Below are positions 1 through 13,212 of a stretch of 64,000 nucleotides of DNA, in pieces; position 1 is the stretch's first letter; each line of letters starts with the position of its first letter. The position numbers and the translations under genes are program-made. The DNA comes from Mobula hypostoma (Eukaryota), in the NCBI RefSeq assembly GCF_963921235.1, contig NC_086104.1, positions 95,728,001-95,792,000 on the forward strand, given 5' to 3'. The notes beneath the pieces were generated by a model. The model did not search any database, was not told where the DNA came from, and worked only from the letters and a program-made list of their open reading frames with translations.

Positions 1-3000
1 CAAAAGTAGGACGGGAAAAATATATTAAAAGCTGCAGAAACCATCTAGAGATAAAAGTCTTGACCGTATAAGTTAATAATGATGCGGTAAAATGAGGAAA
101 AATAATGTTCAGATTTAAAAGGAGGCTTGTTAGTATTTTTGTTTAGTCTTAAAATGCGATGCTAATGGTCAAGAGTTTAAGAAGTTTATTGAAGATTTAC
201 CAAGTAAACCTTATGTTTTGTGTGTACAGAAAAACCTGGTTGAAACCGTGACTAAATTTTAAGATATAAGGTTATGTTGATTTCAGACTCAATCAGAAAT
301 TGGGCAATGGAGGAGTGACTAGCTTTGTCAAAAATGGGATAGTGCTTAAGAGTTTTGGAGATTGGAGTTGTTTATGAACCAATTGCGATTGAAATTTGAG
401 GAAAGAATAATAAAATTTTATGAACGGTTGTGAAAGGTTAATACCTGATAGATTGGAGATGGGATAAATAAGATTATACGGTGTGGGGATTGTAATGCTC
501 AGTACTATGTGTGACACTAACATGCACGTGACAGTGGTGGAAGACTTTCTGAAAGTAAAGTGTTTTATGTGCTTGAATTATGGTAGAAGCACAAGGATAA
601 ATCTATTTAACAACGCTTTCTGCTATTGACCTTACACTGGTATCTGAGGATGTATAACTGGGAAATGTATAATGACACAACAATGGGGAGTGTCATTTCC
701 CCATTATCTGTACAATGGAATAGATGTCTGTCAGAAGAAAGGCTCTCCTATATCCAATGGAATTTTAAAAAGGCAAGTCGGGCCATATGTGATGATTCAT
801 GTGAAAGCAGATTTCCTGATCATGTGGTTTTCGAGGCTCAGTAATAATACCTTTGAGGTCTGCACTCAACTCCACAGCCAAGGAATCAATTCCAAATCAT
901 TGGGAGATAATAAAAGGGGAGCTGTTCCCTGGTGGATGGATGAATGTAAAAGAGCTGTGAAGCAGCGGAATAAAGCTTTTAGGGAAGTTAGGCAGTGATA
1001 CTCCAATTCACCTTTTGTACAATTTAAAATAACAAGCTGTAATTAGAAAAGTAGTGGGAAGGGCAAAGAAAATGCATTGTGATACAAGTGACTATGATAG
1101 CATTGGGGGATAGATCTGTGTCGGGGAAGTTTGATAAAGAAACTGCGGGGAGTTAGAAAACTTGATACATTACCGATTTTGTATGGTGAGGAGAAGGTTG
1201 CAGTTACTCACTCTGGAAAAGGCAGAAGTGTTATATTATTCGGCCAGTTTAAGTAAAGAAGAGAGGTCTTACGGGGAAACAGTTTTGGCAAGCAATCCTC
1301 AGATTGCTGAGAAAAAAGTATTTTCCAGTTCCTGCTTGGATGTTGAATTTACATTGTATGGACTTAAAGGGCTATTAATGGAGCTGGTCAGATGTCACCT
1401 GGGAAAGGTGATATTTGTTTTGGTGTGCTTACACACTTATCAGATTCGAAACTTATATTGGTTTTGAAATTCTTTGATACAATTTGGGTAGAAGGGAGAC
1501 TTGCTGCTTCCTGGAAATTAGCGGTTGTTAGCGATTGAAATCTGGCGAGGATCGATCAGATCCTTCCAGTTATAGACCTACTTCAGTAACATCACATGGG
1601 CGTAAGATAATGGAATGAATGGCTTTCTTATCTTGTGGAAAGTGGTGGAAAATGAGCTGTATACCAACCTGGATTTTGTAAAGAGAGAATGACCATGGAC
1701 TGGGTGTTAAGTTTGGAACCTGATATTTGTAAGGCCCAAGTTAATAAAGAATCAGTGGTAATAGTTCCTTTGATGTGAGAAAACGTATGATACGTTATGG
1801 ACACAAGTGTTGCTGCTTAAACTGGAAAGGTGGGAATATGTGGTAGAATGTTCAACTGGATTCAAGATTTCTTATGTGACAGGAAGATACAAGTTAGGGT
1901 GGGAACAACATTGCGTAAGGAGCATGAGATAGAGAATGGGACTCTACAGGGGAGTGTGTGTAGCCCACTCCTTTTTAATATTATGATTAATTATATTTTC
2001 TTAAATGTTGGCTCAGATATTTCCAAATCGTTATATGCTGATGATGGTGTTGTGTGGAAGAGAAGCAGGAATTTAAATTATATAGTTAGGAAAATGCAGG
2101 CAGCTTTTAACGAAGTAGAGAATGGGGTCGTTGGTGGGGTGCAAAGACTCAAATTATTTGTTTTTCTAAAAGGAACATTACACCCACAATTGATCTGAAG
2201 TTATATGGGTAAATCTCTTAAATAAGAGTCAGTGGTAAAGTTTCTAGGTAGGTGGATGGACGAAAGGCTAACGTGGAAGGTGCACATGAATAAAATTTTA
2301 AAGAAGTGTAAAAAGACCCTTCATGTGCTCAGGTGCTTAGTTGTGTGTGATCGAGGTGTGAGTAGGGGGTCACTCAAACAAATGTGTATTGTTTTAAAAA
2401 GATCAGTCTTTGATTATAGACGTACTGCTCATGGATCAGCCTCACTAGCGGTCTTAAAGCCCTGAGATAAAGTTCAAACTCAAGCATTGAGATTATGTTG
2501 TGATGCTATTAAATCATCTACAATCTACACAGGTTACAATTATTAATGGTTTATTAGGTTAGTGTAAGAGCACGTAAGTTGATCATCCATTATTGGCAAC
2601 ATTAGTAGAGAGTTGGGGGCACTGCATTCGTAAGGTGTTCGGTTTTGGTTGGATGGGAAATGAATGGGCATAAAGTCTTGGGTTGTTTAATGTAGATTAT
2701 GTCCCAGTGTACCCCTTTCTGTCGCTCCTCAGTGGTTTTTCCCTTTGCCTGTGGTTGATTTGGGCCTTCAGGAAAACATCAAGATGAATGATATACTCTC
2801 ACGTTTACGTAGTGGACAAGCTATGTTGAAAATCTGCAGATGCTGGAAACCCAAAGCAACACATGCAGAATGATGGAGGCACAGCAGACCAGGCAGCATC
2901 TATGGAGAAGAGCAAACAGTCGACGTTTCAGACTGAGATCCTTCATCGTGTCTCAGCCTGAAATATCGACCTTTTTTTTGTGTGTGTTGATGAGGAGTGA

Positions 3001-3790
3001 TTGTTTATCAGTGGTACAGGGAGTTCTGCAATGTATCCAAGGCAGACATTATGGATTCATACATCCACACAGATGGTGCAAAAGATCCAGCAATAGGTCA
3101 TTCAGCTGTTACTGATTATGTTCCAAACTTTCAGGTGACATAAGAAAAAAAATCAAGCAATTTATCAGAATTCATGTCTGAGATGGTTGCTATCTAGCCT
3201 TGGAAGGGGTTGAAGAAGTACACCCTGATTATGTACTTCTGTGCTCTGATTCATTCTCGGTTTTGACACCTTTAAAAAAAAGGTATTTTAAATTGTAGGC
3301 CACATATTCTTCTTGGGATTGGACAACATCAGTTGAGGCTACAGGGTCTAGGCCTGTGTATGCATTTCATATGGATTCCTGCCCCTGTTGGGGTTGAAGG
3401 AAACAGGATGGCAGACATTCTTGCCAAAGCAATCACTTAAAATTAAGGACGTAAATGTGGTGAGCCTTTGCATAAGGGGGAGGTGAAGGCCATAATTATA
3501 AAGTATTTTCAATCACTGTGGCAACAAAGTTGGAATAAGGAAAAGAAGGGTTGGCACTTATACAAAATTCTGAGGATGATGGGAACATGCCTGGGTATTA
3601 AAGAAGGGAAGATGTTATACTCTCACATTTACATATTGGACCAGCTATGTTCAATAATTCCCCATTCAGAATTAGTATATGTAATAAGGCCATTTGTAGG
3701 GAATGAACTTGTCAAGAAAGGTGCAGCTTAAATTGTTTGATTGCCGTTCCTTTGAGGTGAAAGGAAAGATCTAATTGCTAAATTTAAATC
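1..3790 (+). mobile_element. Old, degenerate I-clade/Nimb-like LINE (endonuclease, RT and RNase H remnants)
   Basis: Fragmented ORFs contain ENGTLQGSVCSPLLFNIMIN, SLYADDGVVWKRSRN and WIPAPVGVEGN-like RNase H segments. These parallel the younger copy at 58938-61870. Many stops and frameshifts. Confidence 0.85.
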
Positions 3791-3824
3791 TTCCCTTTGA
3801 TGGGAGTTTCAGTGATATTGTATT

Positions 3825-4510
3825 CATGTGTTGATGCTGCTTCCTGCACACATGCTGAGCTCGTTGACTTCATCAACTTTGCCTCCAACTTCCATTCTGC
3901 CTCAGATTTACTTGGTCCATTTCTGACACCACTCTTCCCTCTTTTGATCTCTCTGTCTCTATCTTTGTAGACATTCTACCTACCGACATCTTTTATAAAT
4001 CCATTGATACTCACAGCTACCTGGACTACACCTCTTCCCATCCTGTCACTTGTAAAACTGCCATCCCTATTAAGTGAAATAGGGATACTGCCATGATGAA
4101 GCTAAACTCAGGTTGAAGAAGCAACACCTCATATACCATCTAGGTAGTCTCCAGCCCCTTGGTATGAATATAGAATTCTCCAACTTCCGGTAATTCCCTC
4201 CCCCTCCCTTCCCCTATCCCTATTTCACTCTGCCCCCTCCCCCAGCTGCCTATCACCTCCCTCATGGTTCCGCCTCCTTCTTCTACTACCCATTGTTTTC
4301 CTGCCTATGACGTCCCTGCTTCCCCTCCCCCACCCCTTTGTCTTTCAAATTACTGGTTTTTCAACTAAACCTACAAGCATTCTTCAAATCCTCCCCCCCC
4401 TCCTTCTTTCTTCAGTCCTGACAAAGGGTTCCGGCCCGAAATGTTGACTCATCGTTTCCACTGATGTTACCCGACCTGCTGAGTTCCTCCAGCGTGCTGT
4501 GGGTGTTGAA
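3825..4510 (+). mobile_element. Penelope-like element fragment (RT/GIY-YIG C-terminus and terminal repeat with a degenerate hammerhead motif)
   Basis: Encodes ...KQHLIYHLGSLQPLGMNIEFSNFR*, then a pyrimidine-rich tract and CTGACAA-AGGGTTCCGGCCC-GAAA at 4418-4441. Confidence 0.75.
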
Positions 4511-4559
4511 AGGATTACCCGTCAAGAACAGCATTTCCATCTAATTCTTCCCCCATATT

Positions 4560-5175
4560 TGAGGACCTACAAGTACCTGGGGGTGCACCTGGATGACAGA
4601 CTTGTGTGAAGCACCAACACAAAGGCTGTGTACAAGAAGGGCCAGAATTGCCTCTACTTCCTGAGGAGACCGAGGTCCTTTGGAGTATGCAGGCATCTCC
4701 TTCACATTGTCACCAGTACAATCTTCTATACAGTGGTGTGCTGGGGCAATGGCATCAACACGGGTATTGCCAACAGGCTCAATAAACTGATTAAAAAGGC
4801 CGGCTCTATTATAGGAATCAAACTGGACACACTGGAGACTGTGGCAGAACAAAAGTACCCTCCAGAAAACCCTGGCAATTCTGGACAATGTCTCTCACTC
4901 TCTGCGTGCCACCTTGGCTGATCAGAGGAGCACTTTTAGTGGTAGACTAAGACAACTGTGCTGTGTCAAAGAGTGCTATATGAGGTTATTAACCTCAGCC
5001 ATTAGGCTCTATAATAAGTCAACCTGTAGCCAGGAAAGTGATGGCCCCCTCCTGTTGGACTGTTTGAGGTAACTTATTTTTTATTCTTTCTACATCTCTT
5101 CTAATATTTATATCTGTGCACTTGTAATGCTACTGTCACACTGTAATTTCCTTTGGGATCAATAAAGTATCTATT
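4560..5175 (+). mobile_element. Rex1/Babar-like LINE 3' end
   Basis: YKYLGVHLDDRL..., then ORF 4628-4921 YKKGQNCLYFLRRPRSFGVC; tail GGGATCAATAAAGTATCTAT. Confidence 0.75.
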
Positions 5176-5646
5176 TGTCCTCAATATCACACATATCTAT
5201 CATCCTTAGTTAGGCCACATGACACAGTGTAGAAGTCAAGCTCCCATCATGTGAAGTAAGGGAGATTTGGAGCTCTGTCTTAGTTTGTGCTGCACACAAA
5301 CAACAAATTCACATCAAGTCAGTCAGCAATAATCATCTTGATTCTGATTCCACATCAGATGCTGCAGGGCAGCAGTGTGCCCAATCCTCAATGTGTTCCA
5401 GTATCAAAGCATTAGAATTAATGTGTTTACAGAGAATTTGCTGGACTTGATGTCACTGTTTTATCTTCAATCTCCTCTCTTGAAGGTTCCGACATGCTAG
5501 AGCTATAGATCTTCTGGAAGCTGTCAGAATCAGATTTCACATCACTGTCATATGTTGTGAAATTTGTTGTTTTACAGCAGCATTACAGTGCAATACATAA
5601 AATATGATAAATTACGATAAGAAATATATATAATTTTTTAATAAGT

Positions 5647-7918
5647 AATGTGAAAATAGTGGAATTCTTCATTAAGATGGAGAGTGACATAGTTAATTCA
5701 GAAACAAAGGTTCTGAACTTAAAGAGGGGTAACTTTGAAGGTATGAGACGTGAATTAGCTAAGATAGACTGGCAAATGACACTTAAAGGATTGACGGTGG
5801 ATATGCAATGGCAAGCATTTAAAGGTTGCATGGATGAACTACAACAATTGTTCATCCCAGTTTGGCAAAAGAATAAATCAAGGAAGGTAGTGCTGACAAG
5901 GGAAATTAGGGATAGTATCAATTCCAAAGAAGAAGCATACAAATTAGCCAGAGAAAGTGGCTCACCTGAGGACTGGGAGAAATTCAGAGTTCAGCAGAGG
6001 AGGACAAAGGGCTTAATTAGGAAGGGGAAAAAAGATTATGAGAGAAAACTGGCAGAGAACATAAAAACGGACTGTAAAAGCTTTTATAGATATGTGAAAA
6101 GGAAAAGACTGGTAGAGACAAATGTAGGTCCCCTACAGACAGAAACAGGTGAATTGATTATGGGGAGCAAGGACATGGCGGACCAATTGAATAATTACTT
6201 TGGTTCTGTCTTCACTAAGGAGGACATAAATAATCTTCCAGAAATAGTAGGGGACAGAGGGTCCAGTGAGATGGAGGAACTGAGCGAAATTCATGTTAGT
6301 AGGGAAGTGGTGTTAGGTAAATTGAAGGGATTGAAGGCAAATAAATCCCCAGGGCCAGATGGTCTGCATCCTAGAGTGCTTAAGGAAGTAGCCCAAGAAA
6401 TAGTGGATGCATTAGTGATAATTTTTCAAAACTCGTTAGATTCTGGACTAGTTCCTGAGGATTGGAGGGTGGCTAATGTAACCCCACTTTTTAAAAAAGG
6501 AGGGAGAGAGAAACCGGGGAATTATAGACCGGTTAGCCTAACGTCAGTGGTGGGGAAACTGCTGGAGTCAGTTATCAAGGATGTGATAACAGCACATTTG
6601 GAAAGCGGTGAAATCATCGGACAAAGTCAGCATGGAGTTGTGAAAGGAAAATGTCTGACGAATCTCATAGAATTTTTTGAGGATGTAACTAGTAGAGTGG
6701 ATAGGGGAGAATCAGTGGATGTTGTATATTTGGATTTTCAAAAGGCTTTTGACAAGGTCCCACACAGGAGATTAGTGTGCAAACTTAAAGGACACGGTAG
6801 TGGGGGTAAGGTATTGATGTGGATGGAGAATTGGTTAGCAGACAGGAAGCAAAGAGTGGGAATAAACGGGACCTTTTCAGAATGGCAAGCGGTGACTAGT
6901 GGGGTACCGCAAGGCTCAGTGCTGGGACCCCAGTTGTTTACATATATATTAATGACCTGGATGAGGGAATTAAATGCAGCATCTCCAAGTTTGCGGATGA
7001 CACGAAGCTGGGTGGCAGTGTTAGCTGTGAGGAGGATGCTAAGAGGATGCAGAGTGACTTGGATAGGTTGGGTGAGTGGGCAAATTCATGGCAGATGCAA
7101 TTTAATGTGGATAAATGTGAAGTTATCCACTTTGGCGGCAAAAATAGGAAAACAGATTATTATCTGAATGGTGGCCGATTAGGAAAAGGGGAGGTGCAAC
7201 GAGACCTGGGTGTCATTATACACCAGTTATTGAAAGTGGGCATGCAGGTACAGCAGGCGGTGAAAAAGGCGAATGGTATGCTGGCATTTATAGCGAGAGG
7301 ATTCGAGTACAGGAGCAGGGAGGTACTACTGCAGTTGTACAAGGCCTTGGTGAGACCACACCTGGAGTATTGTGTGCAGTTTTGGTCCCTTAATCTGAGG
7401 AAAGACATCCTTGCCATAAAGGGAATACAAAGAAGGTCCACCAGATTGATTCCTGGGATGGCAGGACTTTCATATGAAGAAAGACTGGATGAACTGGGCT
7501 TGTACTCGTTGGAATTTAGAAGATTGAGGGGGGATCTGATTGAAACGTATAAAATCCTAAAGGGATTGGACAGGCTAGATGCAGGAAGATTGTTCTCGAT
7601 GTTGGGGAAGTCCAGAACGAGGGGTCACAGTTTGAGGATAAAGGGGAAGCCTTTTAGGACTGAGATTAGGAAAAACTTCTTCACACAGAGAGTGGTGAAT
7701 CTGTGGAATTCTCTGCCACAGGAAACAGTTGAGGCCAGTTCATTGGCTATATTTAAGAGGGAGTTAGATATGGCCCTTGTGGCTACGGGGATCAGGGGGT
7801 ATGGAGGGAAGGCTGGGGCGGGGTTCTGAGTTGGATGATCAGCCATGATCATAATAAATGGCGGTGCAGGCTCGAAGGGCCGAATGGCCTACTCCTGCAC
7901 CTATTTTCTATGTTTCTA
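5647..7918 (+). mobile_element. 5'-truncated CR1 (HER1-like) LINE; ORF2 RT with one frameshift near 6945
   Basis: ORFs 5650-7167 and 7047-7829 carry KSPGPDGLHP, NYRPVSLTS, YLDFQKAFDKVPH, GVPQGSVLGP, FADD (shifted frame) and FFTQRVVNLWNSLP. Tail CCTATTTTCTATGTTTCT. Confidence 0.93.
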
Positions 7919-8667
7919 AATTAGTTAGCTGGCCTAGTTCACACAGACACGCCTCTATCTGTGGAGACACTGACTATACCTTTGGTCTGTAACCTGGTAG
8001 AGTGCAGCATTATATTACATTGCTGGATATCGTCTTGTCCGCTCAAGTAAATTTAACAAAACCCTTGAAACTTTTTTTTTAACACATCCAAGGAAGTTCT
8101 CAGAATTCTTGTTGACAGTACCTGAAAAAAACTTACTGACCTACATTAGGATTTTGCAGGTTGGGAACCTATGTAACAAGTATGAAAACTTCAAAAGTAA
8201 TTAACTATGTCGATGCTGAGAATCTGAAATAAAAAAAACTCAGCAGCTCAGTCAGCATCTGGGGAAAGAGAAACAGAATTAATGTTTCATATTTGAGGTC
8301 CAGTTCTGATAAGTAATTTATTGGGGATTTAGTGGATTGAATGTTATGGAGTAAATTATGTTTCTGGACTGATGAAAACAGAATGTGTCAAGAGTCCACA
8401 AGAACCAATATACCTCCAGTGTCCCTCCTCCTTCCCTTCCTCCTGGATCCAGGGAGTTCAATATGACAAACAAGTTTAATTGTCATTCAAGCATACATGA
8501 ATACAACCAAACCAGACAGCGTTACTCCGGGGTAAAGGTCCAAAACACAGTACTAACAGTCACACACAGCACAAAGCACACATAAGGTAGAAAGATACTG
8601 CCACTCATTAGGCCAAACTCAAGCCATCCAACATCACCTAAATCTGCAATAGAGCCTGTCTTCTGCC

Positions 8668-9583
8668 GAGTAAACTTTGTGGCAAAGATAGGTGGAGGGA
8701 TAGGTAATGCTGAGAAAGCAATGCGATTGCAGAAGGACTTAGACAAGTTGGAAGAATAGATAAAAAGTGGCAGATGGAATACAGTGTTGGGAAATGTACG
8801 ATAATGCATTTTGGTAAAAGGAACAATAGTACTGACTACTATCTAAATGGGGAGAAGATTCAAACATCAGAGGTGCAGAGGAACTTAGGAGACCTTGTGC
8901 AAGACTCTTAGAAGGTTAATTTACAGGATGAGTCTGTGGTAAAGAAGGCAAATGCAATGTTGGCATTTATTTCAAGTGGAATAGAATATAAAAGCAAGAA
9001 GATAATGCTGAGGCTTTATAAGACACTAGTCAGGTTACACCTGGAGTATTGCTAACAGTTTGGGAACCCATATCTCAGAAGGGAGGTGTCGTCATTGGAG
9101 AGAATCCAGAGGAGGTTCACGAGGATGATTCTGGGAATCAACGAGTTAACATACGAGGAGTGTTGGCCACTTTGGGTCTGTACTCACTGGAATTTAGAAG
9201 AATGCGTGGGGATCTCATTGAAACCTACTGAATGTTGAAAGGACTAGATAGGGTAGATGTGGAGAAGATGTATCCAGAACTAGAGGGCACAGACTCAAAA
9301 TTTAGGGGTGACCTTTTAGAACAGAGGTAAGCAGTGACCTTTTTAGCCAGAGAGTAGTGAATCTGTGGAATGCTCTGCCACAGACTGCGGTGGAGGCCAA
9401 GTCCGTGCCTATATTTAAGGTGGAAGTTGATCGTTTCCTAATCGGTCAGGGCATCAAAGGATATGGCAAGAAGGCAGGTGTATGGGGTTGAATGGGATCC
9501 AGGATCAGCCATGATAGAATGGCGCAGTGGACTCGATGGGCTGAATGGCCTAATTCTGTTCCTTATATCTCATGGTCTTATGG
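8668..9583 (+). mobile_element. CR1 LINE 3' fragment (degenerate)
   Basis: LGLYSLEFRRMRGDLIETY; 3' end GGGCTGAATGGCCTAATTCTG...TCTTATGGT. Confidence 0.85.
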
Positions 9584-10349
9584 TCGGGGCAGCACCGACT
9601 TCAGCCTAGACGCCATGCCATACTGCCCCCGGTGGAGCGCACCGGCACCAACGCCTCGGTCCCAGCAGCTGTAAACAGGCGGCACAGCAGCTTGAGGCCC
9701 AGTCCTTGCATATGCAAGATAGTAAGCACGTATAGGAAATCTATAGTACAATCACGCAAAATATCTATGTAGACAATCATCTAATTAAGGGCCAAACTGT
9801 CCAACTATTGATAAATCGCCATTATGCACTCTCTGTTATTTCACATAACTTTATTTTTATTACTTTTTTCCGATTTAGACATTAACAGCAAGGCCCTTGA
9901 GAAGGCCGTGGTGAACAATCTTCTTGAACTGCCTTCTTTCTGGCAAAAGTACCACTCCCAGAGGGAGCTACAAGGTTTAGACTCAGTGACAGTTTGGGAT
10001 GCTGTGTGATGTGGAGGGGAACTTGCAGGTAATGCCATTCTCATGCATCTTCTCCTGGTGAGAAGCTGCTGTGGGAGATGCCCAGAGCGATTCTTTCACT
10101 CAATGCAGCCACTCTACAATGGTATGTATAACTATGGATGGATGCTATTCAAATTTACCGTTCTGTCCGGGATTAGGCAGAGTTTTACAAACGTGTGAAT
10201 TGGTAGCAGGTCCAGGTCATTCGACCCACTGAGCGGCTTCACCTCTTCACGGATAATCCAATTGAAAGCTTAACTCCATGGTAACCTTTCACTCTTCTGT
10301 GAAGCGCTGAGTATGTCCTTCGAACCCAGCAACTCCGATTAACCATTAC

Positions 10350-10487
10350 TTAATCCCAGGACAATTCACAATCACCAATTAACCTACCCGGTACGTCTTC
10401 GGTTTGTGGGAGGAAACCAGAGCACCCGGCGAGAACCTACAGACGGCGCCGGAGCAGCAACAGCGTCGCGCTAACCGCTAACGCATT
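10350..10487 (-). mobile_element. tRNA-derived V-SINE fragment at the edge of the CpG island
   Basis: Minus strand reads TAGCGGTTAGCGCGACGCTG...GGGTGCTCTGGTTTCCTCCCACA (V-domain). B-box region is deleted. Confidence 0.65.
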
Positions 10488-10619
10488 CATCTTTGTATTC
10501 TGGCCTTTATTTTTTTTACATCGTATGCTCTAACATCTGGAATAGTAAAATAAAATTCTGTACGGTTATTAAAGTGGTCTAGATGACACGCAAAAGAGAT
10601 TTTCCTTGTAGTTCTAAAG

Positions 10620-11320
10620 CAATTGCATTAGCCACCGCAGTGAAGTCAGGTTATCCTCCAGTCCAAGGGGCTGCCTGGGAGACGGAGACGGAGAGGTTAC
10701 TCGGACATTAGCCACTCCGTTTACTGGGAGCTCGGACCACCAGCAGCCCGACCCCCGGACTCGGGACCTCCGAGCACCAGCATCGCTGCGCCCGGGCTGC
10801 TCAGGTCCGACCCACAGCTGTCCTCGCAGAATGCCTGAGGATAGCAGGCGAATGAAACTCGCCGGGCGGCAGAAACCCTTTCCCTTTCCCTTTCCCTCCC
10901 CCTTTCTCACCGTTTGCGCTAGCTTAGCCGGGCGTCGCTATCCCGGCTGCTTGCGGCGAAGGGTAAAGGTGACTTGCAGGCGAGCGCTTGGTTTGTCCCT
11001 GGCGTCAGAAGGCTGAGCCGAGGAAGAGGAAAAGCCCCTTGGCCTCCGGGAGTCTACAGGACGGTGGGGGAGATGTGCCTGGACCCTGGCCGGGGAGGCA
11101 AATTGGTCCGTGAGCGGATGAACAGAGCAACCCCAGTGCCGGCTTCAGCCCGATCTCCAGAGCATCCCTAGAGGCGGCTTCCAGCCTCCAGGCGCGCCTC
11201 AGCAAGCCCCAAAGGCGACCCCCTCTCCCCCACTCCTGCGCCCAACCCGTAACACCATGGCAGACGTCAAAGTCAAGCAAGAAGTTCCAGATCCGGCGGC
11301 ACTGGAAAACAGGTGAAAAA
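10620..11320. promoter_or_regulatory. CpG island; probable bidirectional promoter of POLR3F and a divergent gene
   Basis: GC- and CpG-rich stretch ending at POLR3F coding exon 1. Minus-strand donor AAACG|GTGAGA at 10911/10910. Confidence 0.8.
11257..11312 (+). CDS. POLR3F: RNA polymerase III subunit RPC6 (C34), coding exon 1
   Basis: Kozak ACCATGG; MADVKVKQEVPDPAALEN(R), matching human MAEVKVKVQPPDADPVEIENR; donor AG|GTGAAA. Confidence 0.93.
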
Positions 11321-11500
11321 GTTTGCTTCTGTGTGAATAACTAACTCGGGGAGAAGCTGGCACCCATTAATGTAAAAACTTGTGGTGGCAGAAGTATATC
11401 GGCTTATATGCAATTCGAGTAAAGTATTGTCGTGAGTAATTGCATCTTGTGACATGTCACAGAACCCAGCAATGGTCTTCGACAGGCTTCTCTCACTAGT

Positions 11501-11984
11501 AGAACATAGAAACATAGAAAACCTACAGCACAATACAGGCCCTTCGGCCCGCAGAGTTGTGCCGAACATGTCCCTACCTTAGAAATTACTAGGCTTACCT
11601 ATAACCCTCTATTTTACTAAGCTCCATGTACTTATCTAAATGTCTCTTAAAATTCCGTATCGTATCCGCCTCCACTACCGTTGCCGGCAGCCCATTCCAC
11701 GCACTCTTCACTCTCTGAGTAAAAAATTTACTCCTGACATCTTCTCTGTACCTACTCCCCAGCACCTTAAACCTGTGTCCTCTTGTGGCAACCATTTCAG
11801 CCCTGGGAAAAAGCCTCTGACTATCCACACGATCAATGCCTCTCATCATCTTATACACCTCTATCAAGTCACCTCTCATCCTCCGTCGCTCCAAGAAGAA
11901 AAGGCCGAGTTCACTCAATCTATTCTCATAAGGCATGCTCTCTAATCCAGGCAATGTCCTTGTCAATCTCCTCTGCACCCTTTG
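11501..11984 (-). mobile_element. CR1 LINE 3' end in POLR3F intron 1
   Basis: ORF 11595-12023 ERRRMRGDLIEVYK...FFTQRVKSAWNGLP; (TTCTATGT)n tail. Confidence 0.9.
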
Positions 11985-12145
11985 AGTATTCTTAATAAGA
12001 CGACTTGCATTTACATTTTGCACTTATGGTCTGTTTCTATGCGGGAATAGCAAAGGTTTGGCTAAAATGGTATTAATGTAGCATTTGATACCAAGTGCCC
12101 CTCTGACAGATAAGTCCCATTAACCCACCTTTGTCTCCTTCTCCC

Positions 12146-12736
12146 AGTGGCCACACATTTTAATTCCACATCCCATTCCCATTCTGATATGTCTATCCAC
12201 AGCCTCCTCTACTGTAAAGATGAAGCCACACTCAGGGTGGAGGAACAACACCTTATATTCCGTCTGGGTAGCCTCCAACCTGATGGCATGAACATTGACT
12301 TCTCAAACTTCCGCTAATGCCCCACCTCCCCCCGTACCCCATCTGTTATTTATTTATATACACACAGTCTTTCTCTCACTCTCCTTTTTGTCCCTCTGAC
12401 CCCTTGCCCATCCTCTGGGTTTTCCCCCCTCCCCTTTTTCCTTCTCCCTGGGCCTCCTGTCCCATGATCCTCTCATATCCCTTTTGTCAATCACCTGTCC
12501 AGCTCTTGGCTCCATCCCTCCCCCTCCTGTCTTCTCCTATCATTTTGGATCTCCCCCTCCCCCTCCCACTTTCAAATCTCTTGCTAGCTCTTCCTTCAGT
12601 TAGTCCTGACGAAGGGTCTCAGCCCGAAACGTCAACTGTACCTCTTCCTAGAGATGCTGCCTGGCCTGCTGTGTTCACCAGCAACTTTGATGTGTGTTGC
12701 TTGAATTTCCAGCATCTGCAGAATTCCTCGTGTTTT
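12146..12736 (+). mobile_element. Penelope-like element 3' part (GIY-YIG end and terminal repeat)
   Basis: HFNSTSHSHSDMSIHSLLYCKDEATLRVEEQHLIFRLGSLQPDGMNIDFSNFR*, followed by the terminal repeat shared with 54132-54322. Confidence 0.85.
12597..12638 (+). ncRNA. Minimal type-I hammerhead ribozyme motif in Penelope terminal repeat
   Basis: AGTC-CTGACGA(12606-12612)-A-GGG TCTCAG CCC-GAAA(12626-12629)-CGTC/AACTG. Core intact, stem I has one mismatch. Confidence 0.65.
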
Positions 12737-13212
12737 GTCTCCTTATAGTTGAGTAAAACTCCATTACAAAGTGTGTGACACTTTGATGCTGATCTCGTCG
12801 ATTCTCTGGACTACTGCATATTATTGTTACTAGTAACTCAAAACGCACATAATCCAAAGCAATGCACTGCAAAATGCTGGAGGAAGTCGGCAGGTCAGGC
12901 ACCATCTATGAACAGTTGACGTTTCAGGCTGAGTCCCTTTAGGATACATATAATTCACTTCTTTAGTCCTGACAAGTTTCCCGTGAGTTTCAAGGGAGTG
13001 CAGAATCCAGAGCCTGGTATGTCCAAGGGAACGGAGGGATCGGCACTTAGTGAGCCCGGTGCTGAACCATCACGATTCCTGATTATTGGGAATTGAAAGT
13101 CTGCTCTTTGGTTTGTAGATGTGTCCTGTTCAGAGTTGATCCAACATCGGTCCCGTTCGAATTTCCTGTACGTATTTGACGAATTATTACTGGCCCTCTA
13201 ACTGGCATAGAT

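Noticed and set aside
2826-2985. Additional hammerhead copies (also about 12915, 29205, 32715, 44650)
   Set aside because: Penelope-repeat remnants whose catalytic core is truncated or mutated.
10614-11280. Several 60-100 aa ORFs in the CpG island
   Set aside because: GC-rich, stop-poor sequence with no recognisable homology; the true coding start is 11257.
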